The notes under the pieces were generated by a model. That model worked only from the letters and a program-made list of their open reading frames with translations, made no database searches and was not told where the DNA came from. Made by a program: the position numbers and the translations under genes. This document shows, in pieces, positions 13,292 through 28,490 of a DNA stretch of 64,000 nt (positions are counted from its first letter, which is position 1; every line of letters begins with the position of its first letter). This DNA comes from Anaeramoeba ignava BMAN (lineage: Eukaryota; Protista; Anaeramoebae), in NCBI GenBank assembly GCA_028826165.1, contig JAPDFW010000059.1, positions 62,001-126,000 on the forward strand. Reading direction: 5' to 3'.

Positions 13292-15734
13292 CTATTTCTT
13301 TAAATCCTTGTTCCTTCTTTGGAAATATGCACCATATTTTTTAACTTGCTTATTGTCTGGGTATTTTTTAACCTCTTTTTTAAGTAACCCAAAAACTTCT
13401 TCAATTTCTGATTTAAAAGGTTTAAGTTCTTCTTTATCCAAATTTTCAGTTTTCTTTTTTAAATCTTCACATCTTTGCATTAATTCGTCAAAAGGATTTG
13501 ATTTAGGTTTTGGATCAGGTTTTGGATCAGGTTTTGGTTTTGGTTCATCTTTAATTTTAGATATTTCCTTGTTCCTTCTTTGGAAATATGCACCATATTT
13601 TTTAACTTGCTTATTGTCTGGTTTTTTTTTAACCTCTTTTTTAAGTAACCCAAAAACTTCTTCAACTTCTGATTTAAAAGGTTTAAGTTCTTCTTTATCC
13701 AACTTTCCAGTTTTCTTTTTTAAAGCTTCACATCTTTGCATTAATTCGTCAAAAGGATCAGGTTTTGGATCAGGTTCAGTTGGAATTGATTTAAGTTTCT
13801 CTTGAAAAAAAGTAGAATATTTTTCAAAGATTTTCTTATCTTCTTTTTTTAACTTTTGTTTGAGAATATCTCCAATTTCTTTTATGATTTCTTCAATTTG
13901 TGATTTAAAAGGTTTAAGTTCTTCTGGATCAATGTCTTTGATTTTCTTCTTTAAATCTTCACATCTTTGCTTTAATTCTTCAAAAGGATCAGGTTTTGGA
14001 TCAGGTTCAGTTGGAATTGATTTAAGTTTCTCTTGAAAAAAAGTAGAATATTTTCCAAAGATTTTCTTATCTTCTTTTTTTAACTTTTGTTTGAGAATAT
14101 CTCCAATTTCTTTTATGATTTCTTCAATTTGTGATTTAAAAGGTTTAAGTTCTTCTGGATCAATGTCTTTGATTTTCTTCTTTAAATCTTCACATTTTTG
14201 CTTTAATTCTTCAAAAGGATCAGGTTTTGGATCAGGTTCAGTTGGAATTGATTTAAGTTTGTCTTGAAAAAAAGTAGAATATTTTTCAAAGATTTTCTTA
14301 TCTTCTTTTTTTAACTTTTGTTTGAGAATATCTTCAATTTCTTTTATGATTTCTTCAATTTGTGATTTAAAAGGTTTAAGTTCTTCTGGATCAATGTCTG
14401 TGATTTTCTTCTTTAAAGCTCTGCATTTCTTATTTAATTTTTTAGAATCAATTGGATCAGGTTTTGGATCAGGTTTTGGATCAGGTTTTGGATCAGGTTC
14501 AGATGGAATTAATTTAAGTTTCTTTTGAAAAAAAGTAGAATGCTTTTCAAAGATCTTCTTATCTTCTTCTTTTAACTTTTGTTTGAGAATATCTTCAATT
14601 TCTTTTATGATTTCTTCAATTTGTGATTTAAAAGGTTTAAGTTTTTCTGGATCAATGTCTGTGATTTTCTTCTTTAAAGCTCTGCATTTCTTATTTAATT
14701 TTTTAGAATCAATTGGATCAGGTTCTGGATCAGATATTGGATCAGGTTCAGATGGAATTAATTTAAGTTTCTTTTGAAAAAAAGTAGAATGCTTTTCAAA
14801 GATCTTCTTATCTTCTTCTTTTAACTTTTGTTTGAGAATATCTTCAATTTCTTTTATGATTTCTTCAATTTGTGATTTAAAAGGTTTAAGTTTTTCTGGG
14901 GCAATGTCTGTGATTTTCTTCTTTAAAGCTCTGCATTTCTTATTTAATTTTTTAGAATCAATTAGATCAGGTTTTGGATCAGGTTTTGAAATTTTCTTAA
15001 AAATATTTTTCAAATCACTTGAAATTTCAGAAACTTTCTTAATTTCTTTTAAATTAAACGAAGAAGAAAGAGGTTGTAAAGTTGAAATGGTTGAAATAGA
15101 AGAAATGAGTTGAAACTTTTTTGGCTCTTTTGGTTTTTCCAAAGATGTGAGTTTATCAAGAATGTTTTGGATTTCAGAATAAAATGAATTTTTCTCGTTT
15201 TTATAAACGCCCTCCAAAATATCATCATGCTTAATCAACTGGGTAAGCAAATTGGAATCTGATTCGGTTGAACTAACAAGTTGTGATTGGTTGATCCAAG
15301 TTTTTTTATACATAGAAATGGGTTGAATTTTGTCAAAATTATGAACAATATTTGCCTGTTCAAATAAAGCTTGTGAAATCATTCCTTTTTTGATTTTCAA
15401 AGTTTCAAAGCATATTATATGCGGATATTGCTCAATGTCTAGCTCGTATTTTGTCCCAGGAATTAAATTATCTATCGTGAATTTTCCGTTTTTGATCTCC
15501 CTTATTATTTTCTTTGGCGCAGAAATGTTTGATGTTAAAATCATCTTTTCTCTTTTCTTTTTTCTTTCTTTTGAGATTTCGATTGTTGCGTAATCAAATC
15601 CAATATCCAAAAGCTATTAAAAAGAAACAAATTAAAAAAAAGCAATTTTAAAAAAATTTTTTTTTTCCTTTTTTTTAATTATTTTTATTTTATTTTTTCC
15701 TTTTTTATCTTACTTTTACTTTTGCTTTTGACAT
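13292..15734 (-). CDS. Unknown protein: N-terminal FN3-like domain plus 7 tandem ~80-aa helical repeats with PDPK linkers
   Basis: Exon 1 15734-15714 (MSKAKVK|GTAAG) and exon 2 15613-13292. FN3-like FTIDNLIPGTKYEL; near-identical DNA repeats over about 13300-15000. Confidence 0.8.
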
Positions 15735-15842
15735 TTTAAATGAAAAAAAATGAAAAAAATGAAATTAAAAAAATAAAATTAAAAAAATGAAAGTGGATTT
15801 TTATTATTAAAAAAAAAAAGGAGAAAAAAAAAATTTTAAAAT

Positions 15843-16930
15843 TTAAAAACGGAAAAAATCACCACAAAATTCAAAAGAATTTATAGTCCATTTTTTTGAA
15901 GTTTCATGAATAGAAAAATTTAACAAAGCTGCTTGTTTTTTATAAATAGCTCCTGGATTAACTGTAGTTATATTATGGAATAAAGATGTTCCTCTTCCAT
16001 GACTTTTAAAAAAAAATCAATCCAAAATTTAAATAAATATTAAATATTAAATATAAATATTATTATTATTAAATATTACTGGACATGACCATGCAAATTA
16101 CACAAAACTTCAAATTTTGCATTGTTTCTAACAGATTCAAGCCATTCATGTAATACTAAACTTCCACCTTGAATTGGTCCATTTTTTTCATTTCTCCAAG
16201 AAATAGTAGTACCAACACCAAAAGGACCTGTATGAGACAAAATAATAACTTGAGTGTCAAAACCATCTGAATTTTCTTCAATTAATTTTTCTAAATTTTC
16301 AAGATCACTTTTCAATTTTTGTTCATCTTTATAAGGAAATCCATTCCAAAGAAGTCCACTTTTATCATAAGCATCAACAGAACCTCCAATTCCTGCAATA
16401 AAAAGCTTTGGAGCAATTTTTTCAACTTTTCCATGAATATTTTTGATCTCTTGAGGATGTTTGATTTTCTCACTATTTTCATAAATACTTATTGGATCAT
16501 GCTAATTTGTAAAATTTAAAGTTAAAAACAAAAAAAGTTCCACTTTTTTTTGGTTTTTATTTTTTTTTTTTTAAATTTTTGTAAAATACGTTTCCTGGAA
16601 CATAAAAAACTTTATTGGAATATTTCTTTAAAATATCAACCATTTCACTCTTTAATTTTCAAAAAGAAATGAAAATGAGTAAATGAAAAAGAAAATGAGT
16701 TTTTTATTGTTTAGAAAATTTACAATTTGTTCTTCTCCTTTTTTAATTTGTTCTTCAGTCACTATTTTATCTTTTTTATCATTTTCTAAATTCAAAAAAT
16801 CTCCAGTACAAAAAATAAAATCAAATGGATTATTTAATGAAAATTTCTTTTTAAAAATTTCTTGAAGTTCATTAACATTTTCATGAATATCTCCCAAAAC
16901 TAAAGCTTTAAATTGATTTTTTTCTATCAT
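15843..16930 (-). CDS. Calcineurin-like metallophosphoesterase (Icc-related)
   Basis: After splicing: LGDIH, TGDF, YVPGNHDP, LSHTGP, HGHVH, VNPG. Confidence 0.88.
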
Positions 16931-17220
16931 TTTTCTGATTAATTTTTATTTGATTTCAAAAAAAGAAAAATGAAAAAGAGAAATTGAAAAAAATTTTTTT
17001 TTATTTTTTTCTTCATTCCAAATGCTTGTTTTATTTTTTTGTTGAAAAAAAATAATTTGGTTTGTAAAAAAAAAAATATGTGTCTTTTTTTTCCTGAAAT
17101 CCAAATCCAAATCCAAATTGTTTTGAAAATTAATTGTGAAAAAATTAGACTAAAATTAGATAAAGAAAAAAAAATTGCATCAAATCAGGAAATGTGGATT
17201 GAAAAAGTAAAAAATAAATC

Positions 17221-19543
<2,323 letters not shown>

Positions 19544-19743
19544 TTAATAATTTTTGATAAAAAAAAAAATGATTTTTAATTTTTTAATTTTTTTTTTTAA
19601 TTTTTTTTTTTTTTTTTATTTTTAATTTTTTTTTTTAATTTAAAAATCTTTTTCTTTTTTTAAAAGAACAACTGTTTCTTAGATCGAGATGACTCACCTA
19701 TATTTTAAATTCAAAAACAAATTCTTTTTTAATCAATTTAATT

Positions 19744-19774
<31 letters not shown>

Positions 19775-20202
19775 TATTTTTATTTTTATTTTTATTAATC
19801 ATCAAATTTAAATTTTTTTTTTTTGGATGAAATAAAAATTTTCTTTTTTTCCTTTTTTTTTTTGCTAAATCTAAAAAATAAAAAAAATTTTTGGATTCCA
19901 CTTCTTAAAAACCAAAATTTCTTTAATCCAAAATCAAAATCAAAATTAAAATCCAAAATCAAAATCAAAATTAAAATCAAAATCAAAATCAAAATCAAAA
20001 TTCAAAATTAAAACCAAAATTAAAATTAAAATCAAAATCAAAATCAAAATTAAAATCCAAAATCAAAATCAAAATCAAAATCAAAATTAAAATTAAAATT
20101 AAAATTAAAATTAAAATTAAAATCAAAATCAAAATCAAAATTAAAATTAAAATTAAAATCAAAATTCAAAAAATCATTTTTTCATTTTTTTTCTTTTCAA
20201 AA

Positions 20203-21989
20203 ATGAATGATTGTTTATTTTTTGGTTCAAATAAATATCCAATTCTTATCAAAAATAAATCAAATAAAATAAAAAAACCAATTCAATTTAAATTTGAAAA
20301 TGAAAATGAAAATGAAAATGAAAATGAAAATGAAAATGAAAATGAAAAACAAATTAAACAAATTTCAACAAGTGATTTTTCAACAATTTTCCTTTTTAAA
20401 AATGGAAAAGCAATAGAATATTTAAGATATTCAAATCAAAATCCTGAAAAAATCCAAATTGAAAATATTCAAAAAGTAACTGTTGGTTATCGAAATGAAG
20501 TTATTTTAACAAAAGAAGGAAATGTATTTGCAAAGGATTTGCTATTAATTCAAATAATCCAAATGAATTTATCAATATTTCATCATTAATTGAAGATACA
20601 AATGATAGAATAATTGAAGATATTGTTTCTGGATATTATTCAATTTATTTATTAACTTCAAATCAAAATGCTTATGGAATTGGTTTAAATCAATATGGTC
20701 AACTTGGTTTTGATTCTAAAACACTTAAAAAAGAAAAACCAATTTTAATGATGAAAAATGTTTCTAAAATATTTTCAGGAAATTCTTCACATCATGTTTT
20801 TCTTTTGAATTTAAATCAAGAATTATTTGGATGCGGTTGGAATAATTCTGGTCAACTTGGATTAGGAAAATCAAGAAAAGAAGAAAAAAAAATCACAAAA
20901 TTAATCAAAATCCAAAATATTCCAAAAGGCAAAATAATTGATATTCAATGCGGAAGTTGGCATTCAATAATGTTGATTGAAAATGAAAATGAAAACCCAA
21001 AAAGAAAACTTTATTCATGTGGAAATTTTCAATTTAATGGACTTGGCAAAAATGAAAATACTTATGAATTTACTGAAATCAAATCATCTTTATTTGAAAA
21101 TGATGATATTCTTGATTTTTCTGTTGGTGATAACCATACTTTGATTTTAACATCTAATTCAAAATTAATAGGATTTGGAGAAAATTTATATGGTCAATTA
21201 GGAACTGGAGATACAAAAGATCAATATATTCCAATTCAAATTGAACTTCCTAAATTAAGATTTAATGAAGATATTTCCAACTATCATATTTCTTGTGGAG
21301 AATACAGATCATTTCTTTATTATTCTCCTTGTTCTTTTTCCAATCTTGAAGAAGATTTGATAAAATTATTTAGAAGAAAAGAATTTTGTGATATTTCATT
21401 TAAAACCAAAAATGGAGAAATAATCAAAGCTCATAAATTAATATTGAAATATAGATTAAATCAAAATCAAAATCAAAATGAAATTGAAAAACTTCAAGAA
21501 ATTATTTCAAAAAAATCAATTAAAGAATCAAATCAAATATTTGAAATGATTTATTCAAACAGAATTATAAATCCAATATTATATTCTGAAATTAAAGAAA
21601 TTATAAATTCAAATGAAAAAATTGAAGAAACAATTAAAAGAATTTATTTAAATGAAAATGAAAATGAAAAAGATTTTATTATTGAAAGAAAAGAAAAAAA
21701 ATATAAATTTCCTAAATTAATATTAATAATGAGAAGTGAATTATATCGAGGAATGTTTTTATCTGTAACAGAAGATAAATCAAATAAAGTTACAGATTAT
21801 AGTGAATTAAGTAATAAATCATTCCAAATATTAGAATATTGGATTTATTCAAATCAAATTAAAGATGAAATCCAAATTACACAAGAAATAATTAATGAAA
21901 TTGAAATTGGAATTGATTATTTTCAATTAAATCAAACAAATCCAAATTTATTTGATTTATTAATTAAAAAATTTAATAATCAAAATTAA
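20203..21989 (+). CDS. RCC1-repeat + BTB protein
   Basis: RCC1 motifs (GLNQYGQLG, GCGWNNSGQLGLG, IQCGSWHS, GENLYGQLGTGD), then BTB motifs FCDISF..IKAHKLIL and RSELYRGMF. The two track ORFs join through a 1-nt frameshift near 20535. Confidence 0.88.
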
Positions 21990-23066
21990 AATTAAAATCA
22001 AAAACAAAATCAAAATTAAAATCAAAATCAAAATCAAAATCAAAATTAAAATCAAAATCAAAATCAAAATCAAAATCAAAATCAAAATCAAAATCAAAAT
22101 TAAAATTAAAATCAAAATCAAAATTAAAATCAAAATTAAAATCAAAATTAAAATCAAAATTAAAATCAAATTAAAATTAAAATCAAAATCAAAATCAAAA
22201 TCAAAATCAAAATCAAAATCAAAATCAAAATCAAAATCAAAATTAAAATCAAAATCAAAATTAAAATCAAAATCAAAATCAAAATCAAAATCAAAATCAA
22301 AATTAAAATCAAAAATCAAAATTAAAATCAAAATCAAAATTAAAATCAAAATTAAAATCAAAATTAAAATAAATCAAAATTAAAAATCAAAAATCAAATC
22401 AAAATCAAAATCAAAATCAAAATCAAAATCAAAATTAAAATCAAAATCAAAATCAAAATTAAAATCAAAATCAAAATCAAAATTAAAATCAAAATTAAAA
22501 TCAAAATCAAAATTAAAATTAAAATCAAAATTAAAATCAAAATTAAAATCAAAATCAAAATCAAAATCAAAATTAAAATCAAAATTAAAATCAAAATCAA
22601 AATCAAAATTAAAATCAAAATCAAAATCAAAATCAAAATCAAAATCAAAATCAAAATCAAAATCAAAATTAAAATCAAAATCAAAATTAAAATCAAAATC
22701 AAAATCAAAATCAAAATCAAAATTAAAATCAAAATCAAAATCAAAATTAAAATCAAAAATCAAAATCAAAATCAAAATCAAATTAAAATCAAAATTAAAA
22801 TTAAAATTAAAATCAAAATCTAAAATCAAAATCAAAATCAAAATTAAAATCAAAATCAAAATTAAAATCAAAATCAAAATCAAAATTAAAATCAAAATCA
22901 AAATCAAAATCAAAATCAAAATCAAAATCAAAATCAAAATTAAAATCAAAATCAAAATTAAAATCAAAATTAAAATTAAAATCAAAATTAAAATCAAAAT
23001 CAAAATAAAAATCAAAATCAAAATCAAAATCAAAATTAAAATCAAAATCAAAATCAAAATCAAAAT
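21980..23066. repeat. (AAAATY)n hexamer satellite
   Basis: Array of AAAATC/AAAATT units. The same repeat resumes at 24480-24640 and 26285-26680. Confidence 0.95.
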
Positions 23067-23080
23067 AATCAATAACCGTT

Positions 23081-24216
23081 TTAATGAACCAGTGGAAAAT
23101 GAAAAAAAAGAAGAGAGAAAAAAAAGAAGAGAGAAAATGAAAAATTAGATCCGTAAGTTATCTTCTTCGCGTGAATCCATTTAAAATTCTTGTTCTTTTC
23201 GGACAATATCTTATTAAATTCATCAGAACACCGATGATATTGGGTTACACTACTTTCTCTTTTATGGCCAGTGATTTTCATAATGTGTTCAATGGGAACC
23301 TTGTTTTCGGTCAGCATTGAATACTGGAGACACGTAATGAATGTAAGGAAATTTGCTTGTTTATCTCATTAGAATGTACATGTTTCTTGAACATTTTATT
23401 TAGATTATGATAACTAATAGGAGAATTCGTGTACCAAGTCCTGGCATTTTTGCTTTGATTAATTCCTAGAAAAAAACGTTTATTGGTGTTGGAACTTCTT
23501 TTATCCAAGTACAACGCTATCAATTGAATTGTTTCATTGTTATAGATAAAGTTGATTTGTGCTTTTTCATTTTTCTGTTTGAGTCCTCTTTGGCGATTTT
23601 TCATTATGTACTGTTTAATCTCATAATAAGGAGTTTGATTCTGATCTCGTTTTAGCGTAAAATGCTTCATTTTCAATTTATGATATACTCCTCCTCTAAA
23701 AGCACAGAATTTTCCAAGAAGTAATAGAAGTTTCATTGTTAAGCCGCGAGGTGTATCAATATCGCAACTTTGTAAGCATTTGTCAAATTCCTCTCTCGTC
23801 AACCCCATTGTATGTTCTACTTCTGATTTGCCTTTCTCTGCTAATCTTCGTATCTTCTCATCAACTACTTTTTGAAATTGGATAAATTGTGAGGATCTCA
23901 GAAAACTAAGTACAGGTTGTTGTTTTTCAACTGATTCTTCTTCATAAACTCGATTCCAGGCCGCTACAATATAATATATTGTATTTGCATGAAACTCACT
24001 ATTATCCAATCTTTTCGCTTGAAGAATACAAGAACTTAAATGATGGTTGAGATCAGCTATCGAATGATCCAAGAAATCTGAGGAAATACTGAGAACTTGA
24101 CAATAATTTTCCCACAAGCGCATGGCATACCGAGTAGATTCTCTAGTGGCTGTTGGTGTTGAGGCTAGTGCTTTTGCTTGAATTTCTGCTTCAGATATAG
24201 GTTCAAAATTACGCAT
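23081..24216 (-). CDS. Tyrosine recombinase, Crypton/DUF3504 (ZMYM2/KCTD1-type) family; split by a 1-nt frameshift near 23317
   Basis: DTPRGL, AFRGG (R), MKNRQRG (K), WYTNSPIS, HSLR, IMKITGHKRESSVTQY (H, Y): a full R-K-HxxR-H-Y set. Adding one A (CAA ATG) fuses the two ORFs. Confidence 0.88.
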
Positions 24217-24479
24217 CTAAAATGCAAAATGAAATTCAAATATTAAAAGGAAATTTTTTTAAATGAGGAGAAAAGAAAATTTTTATCACTTTTTAGTTTT
24301 TTGGAAATCAAAAAAAAATTTTTGATGAATTATTTGTTTTTTTATTGAATTTGGAGACCAATAAATTTGTTATTGGATTGAGAGCTCAAAAAGAAGAGTT
24401 TTTAAAACAAAAATCATTTATGAAAATAGACCAATAATTTTTTTATTGATATCTCAAAAAATTGCATGGGGTTCATTAA
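23081..24479 (-). mobile_element. Crypton-like tyrosine-recombinase DNA transposon
   Basis: Ends TTAA-TGAACC (23081-23090) and GGTTCA-TTAA (24470-24479); the 12-bp inverted repeat is TTTTAATGAACC. The element is embedded in AAAATY satellite and encodes a YR protein. Confidence 0.75.
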
Positions 24480-24662
24480 AAATTAAAATTAAAATCAAAA
24501 TCAAAATTAAAATCAAAATTAAAATCAAAATTAAAATTAAAATTAAAATCAAATTCAAAATCAAAATCAAAATCAAAATCAAATTCAAATCCAAATTTAA
24601 ATTTAAATTCAAATTCAAAATCAAATTCAAATTCAAAATTGAAACGAAATAATCAAATCGAA

Positions 24663-25695
24663 ATGGAAACGGAAAATAAAAAAGAAGAAAAGGAGAATTT
24701 TCATACAAAATCAAAACCAGATGAAAACAAGAAAAGAAAAAAAGATTATGAAGACATGGAAAAAAAGGTTTCGAAAATTTAAAAGTTATGGAAATATTTC
24801 GCTCTTGATGGTCGCTATAACCGATCGGTGAAAAAGGGACAAGGACACGCTAAGTGGTGCACAGAAGTGATGGTCCATCTCGGAACTAGAAAAGTGGTTG
24901 ATTGTGAAATTATGATAGCAAAACCTCAAGGTGAGAAGAGAAGTCGAGAAGCGGTTTGTGTAAGGAATTTACTGAATAGATTCATCCCACTTTTGATGAT
25001 TGATGGTATTGTTACTGACGGAGAAAAATCGGATACTGTTGTCATGAGGGAGGAATTCCCCCAAATAAAACATAAATTATGCAAATCACACAAAGAAAAT
25101 TCAATTCTTTCAAAATTTGATTCCTTTTTTGGAAAACTAGAATTGAGGAGATTAAAAAATATGGTTCGAGAACATTGGAAAGTCTGTAAGGAAATAAATT
25201 TTTACATAATTGACTTATATTGATCATCTATTATTAGGTACTTCCAAATCTTTCGATGCAGCATCTCTTCTGCAAAGATGGAGAAACTTAGCGAATCACG
25301 TTTCCGGAGATCATTCCCAATGTGTGGAATTTTGTGAGACAACTCGGTGTTCTCAATCAAATTACCAAAGTGGGATTAATTTAAATGAAGAACAAAATGA
25401 CAAATTCAATCAATTTTTAGAATCAGTTTTAAATGAAGAAGAAGCTGAAAAATATGTTGGGGCAATGGATACGAGCGTTGTAGAATCTTTTAATTCCGTA
25501 ATTTTAAAATATGCGTCAAAAAGAGAAAGTTTTCAACGTTCTTTTCCTTCAAGAATTCAGCTTGCTACTCTCCATTGGAATGAAAATGTGGAAACTGGAA
25601 AACACCTATTTTTGTTTCGATTTCATTTATATTTTATATTTTTATTATTATTTATTATTAAATTTTATTTTTATTTTTTATTATTATTGTTCTAA
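24663..25695 (+). mobile_element. Kolobok/Mutator-like DDE transposase gene (possibly truncated or decayed)
   Basis: ALDGRY..GHAKWC (D1), IVTDGE (D2), CKSH, NHVSGDHSQC, TSVVESFNSVILKYASKR (E), RIQLATLHWNEN. 52-nt GT-AG intron at 25186-25237; in-frame TAA at 24780 after the ATG at 24663. No TIRs recognised. Confidence 0.75.
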
Positions 25696-26013
25696 AAATT
25701 AAGAACAAAAATATTTACTTAATTTTAAATTGTTTTTTTTTTGAAAAGAAAAAAATGAAAAATGGAATAAAGAATATTAAATAACTAAATTTAGAATTAA
25801 TTCTATTTTATATATTTTATTAACATTTCTTTATTTAAAATAATAATTTTTTATTGTTTATTTTTTATATTTATATGTTTAATATTTAAATAATAAAATA
25901 GTTAAATCTAAAACATTAAATTATTATTTTAAACATAAAATTAAATATTAAATTATATTTTTAGATTAATTTTTAAATTAAATATTAAATTAAATCTATT
26001 CTCATTTTTTATA

Positions 26014-26268
<255 letters not shown>

Positions 26269-26923
26269 ATTTGGGAAATAATTTCAAAATCAAAATTAAA
26301 ATCAAAATCAAAATTAAAATCAAAATCAAAATCAAAATTAAAATCAAAATTAAAATCAAAATCAAAATTAAAATCAAAATTAAAATCAAAATCAAAATCA
26401 AAATCAAAATTAAAATTAAAATCAAAATCAAAATCAAAATTAAAATCAAAATCAAAATCAAAATCAAAATTAAAATCAAAATCAAAATCAAAATTAAAAT
26501 CAAAATTAAAATCAAAATTAAAATCAAAATTAAAATCAAAATCAAAATTAAAATCAAAATTAAAATCAAAATTAAAATCAAAATTAAAATTAAAATTAAA
26601 ATCAAAATCAAAATTAAAATCAAAATCAAAATCAAAATCAAAATCAAAATCAAAATTAAAATCAAAATCAAAATTAAAAATTAAACAAGTTTTTGTTGTC
26701 GAATTTTATTTTAAATTTAAATTTTGATCAATTAAAAAAAAAAAGCAAAAAATTTTTTGGATTTTAAACTAAGATTGATAAAAGATTTAATTTTATTTTC
26801 TAATAAAAAATAATAAATAAAAAAGTTGTCGAATTTTTGATTAGAATTTTTTTTTTCCTTTTTTTTTTAAATTTAAAAGAAAAATGGAAAATTAAAAATT
26901 TTCTTTTCATTTTTTTTTTCAAA

Positions 26924-27473
26924 ATGAAAATAAAAATTTTACCAATTTCATTTCTTTTTGGAATATTTTTATTATGTTTTGTTGCGACTTTTTTCGGGAA
27001 AATAATAAAAAATTACAAATCTTATAAAAGAGGAAAAGAAGAAGCAAAAGAATTATATGCTCAAGAATGTGGATCAGATCTTAACAAAATTTGGATACAC
27101 AAAAACTTAACAACATGGGAAAAAACAAAGAATTTCTTTACACAACACAAAGAAAAGAATCAAACTTGCAGAAGTTATCAAGAAACAATCGGTGATCCTT
27201 TTTTAAGTAGTTTGAAAGTTTTTAAGGAAACAACAAAAGAATCTCTTGATATTTTGGGACACTTTTTCTGAAGGATTTGGAACTGGAATTTCCACTCTTT
27301 TGAATACTCTTGCTAAGAAAATTTCAATCAAATTTTGGTTACTTTCTGGATATGTTAAATTCTTAGTTTCGTTTAATCTTTTTGCTCAAAATTTCAATCT
27401 TTTCAAAATTATTCGATTTCCTCTTTCAATTATTTCAAACATAATTTCCAAAATGTTTTACAAACTTTTTTAA
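26924..27473 (+). CDS. Small two-TM membrane protein, tandem copy 1 (CLCC1/Brl1-like by eye)
   Basis: ATG at 26924, hydrophobic N- and C-terminal segments, Cys pair ECG...TCRSY..DP. A 1-nt T-run frameshift near 27253 is evident by comparison with copy 2. Confidence 0.65.
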
Positions 27474-27762
27474 AAAAAAGAAAAAGAATTAATAAATAAA
27501 TTAAAATTATTGAATTTTTTGGGAATTTTTGTTTAATTAAAAATTATTTTAAATTTAAATTTTGATCAATTAAAAAAAAAGAAATTAAGGAAAATTTTTT
27601 GGATTTTAAACTAAAATTGATAAAAGATTTAATTTTATTTTCTAACAAATAATAAATAAAAAAGTTGTCGAATTTTTGATTAGAATTTTTTTTTTCCTTT
27701 TTTTTTTAAATTTAAAAGAAAAATGGAAAATTAAAAATTTTCTTTTCATTTTTTTTTTCAAA

Positions 27763-28341
27763 ATGAAAATAAAAAAAATTTTATATTTTTTAGTCAAATT
27801 GGTACTTTCATTATTTTTGGAAGTTTTCATTGATTACTTTTTCAGAACATTCATCCAAGGACACAGAACTCTTAGAAGAGTAATAAATGTGTTCAAGAAA
27901 TTATATGCTCAAGAATTTGGACAAGATTCAAATGAAGTTTTGGATTCTAATGAAAAATTATCCTTTTTTGGAAAGATAGCGAATTTCGTTACACAAGATA
28001 AAGAAAAGAGTCAAATTTTTAGAAGTTATCAAGAAATAATTGGGGATTATTTTTCAAGTAGTTTGAAAGTTTTTAGGAAAACAATAAAAAAAATTATTAA
28101 TATTTGGAACACTTTTTTTGAAGGATTTGCAACTGGAATTGCCTCTTTGTTGAATACTCTTGTCAAGAAAATTTTAATCAAATTTTGGTTTATTTTCTCA
28201 TATCTTAAATCCTTAATTTCCTTTAATCTTTTTGTTCAATTTTTCAGTCTTTTCAAAATTATTCGATTTCCTCTTTCAATTATTTCAAACATAATTTCCA
28301 AAATGATTTCAAAAACCTTTAAAAAAAAGAAAAAGAATTAA
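27763..28341 (+). CDS. Small two-TM membrane protein, tandem copy 2
   Basis: Paralogue of copy 1; about 220 bp upstream and the C-terminal coding sequence are nearly identical. Confidence 0.7.
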   Translation: MKIKKILYFLVKLVLSLFLEVFIDYFFRTFIQGHRTLRRVINVFKKLYAQEFGQDSNEVLDSNEKLSFFGKIANFVTQDKEKSQIFRSYQEIIGDYFSSSLKVFRKTIKKIINIWNTFFEGFATGIASLLNTLVKKILIKFWFIFSYLKSLISFNLFVQFFSLFKIIRFPLSIISNIISKMISKTFKKKKKN

Positions 28342-28490
28342 TAAATAATTTGAAATTAAATTTAATAAATAAATTGATTTTATTTCTAAGAATAAATTAA
28401 AATTATTGAGATTTTTGATTTTTGATTTTTGATTTTTCATTTTTCATTTTTCATTTTTCATTTTTCAATTAAATTAAAAAGAATAAGAAA

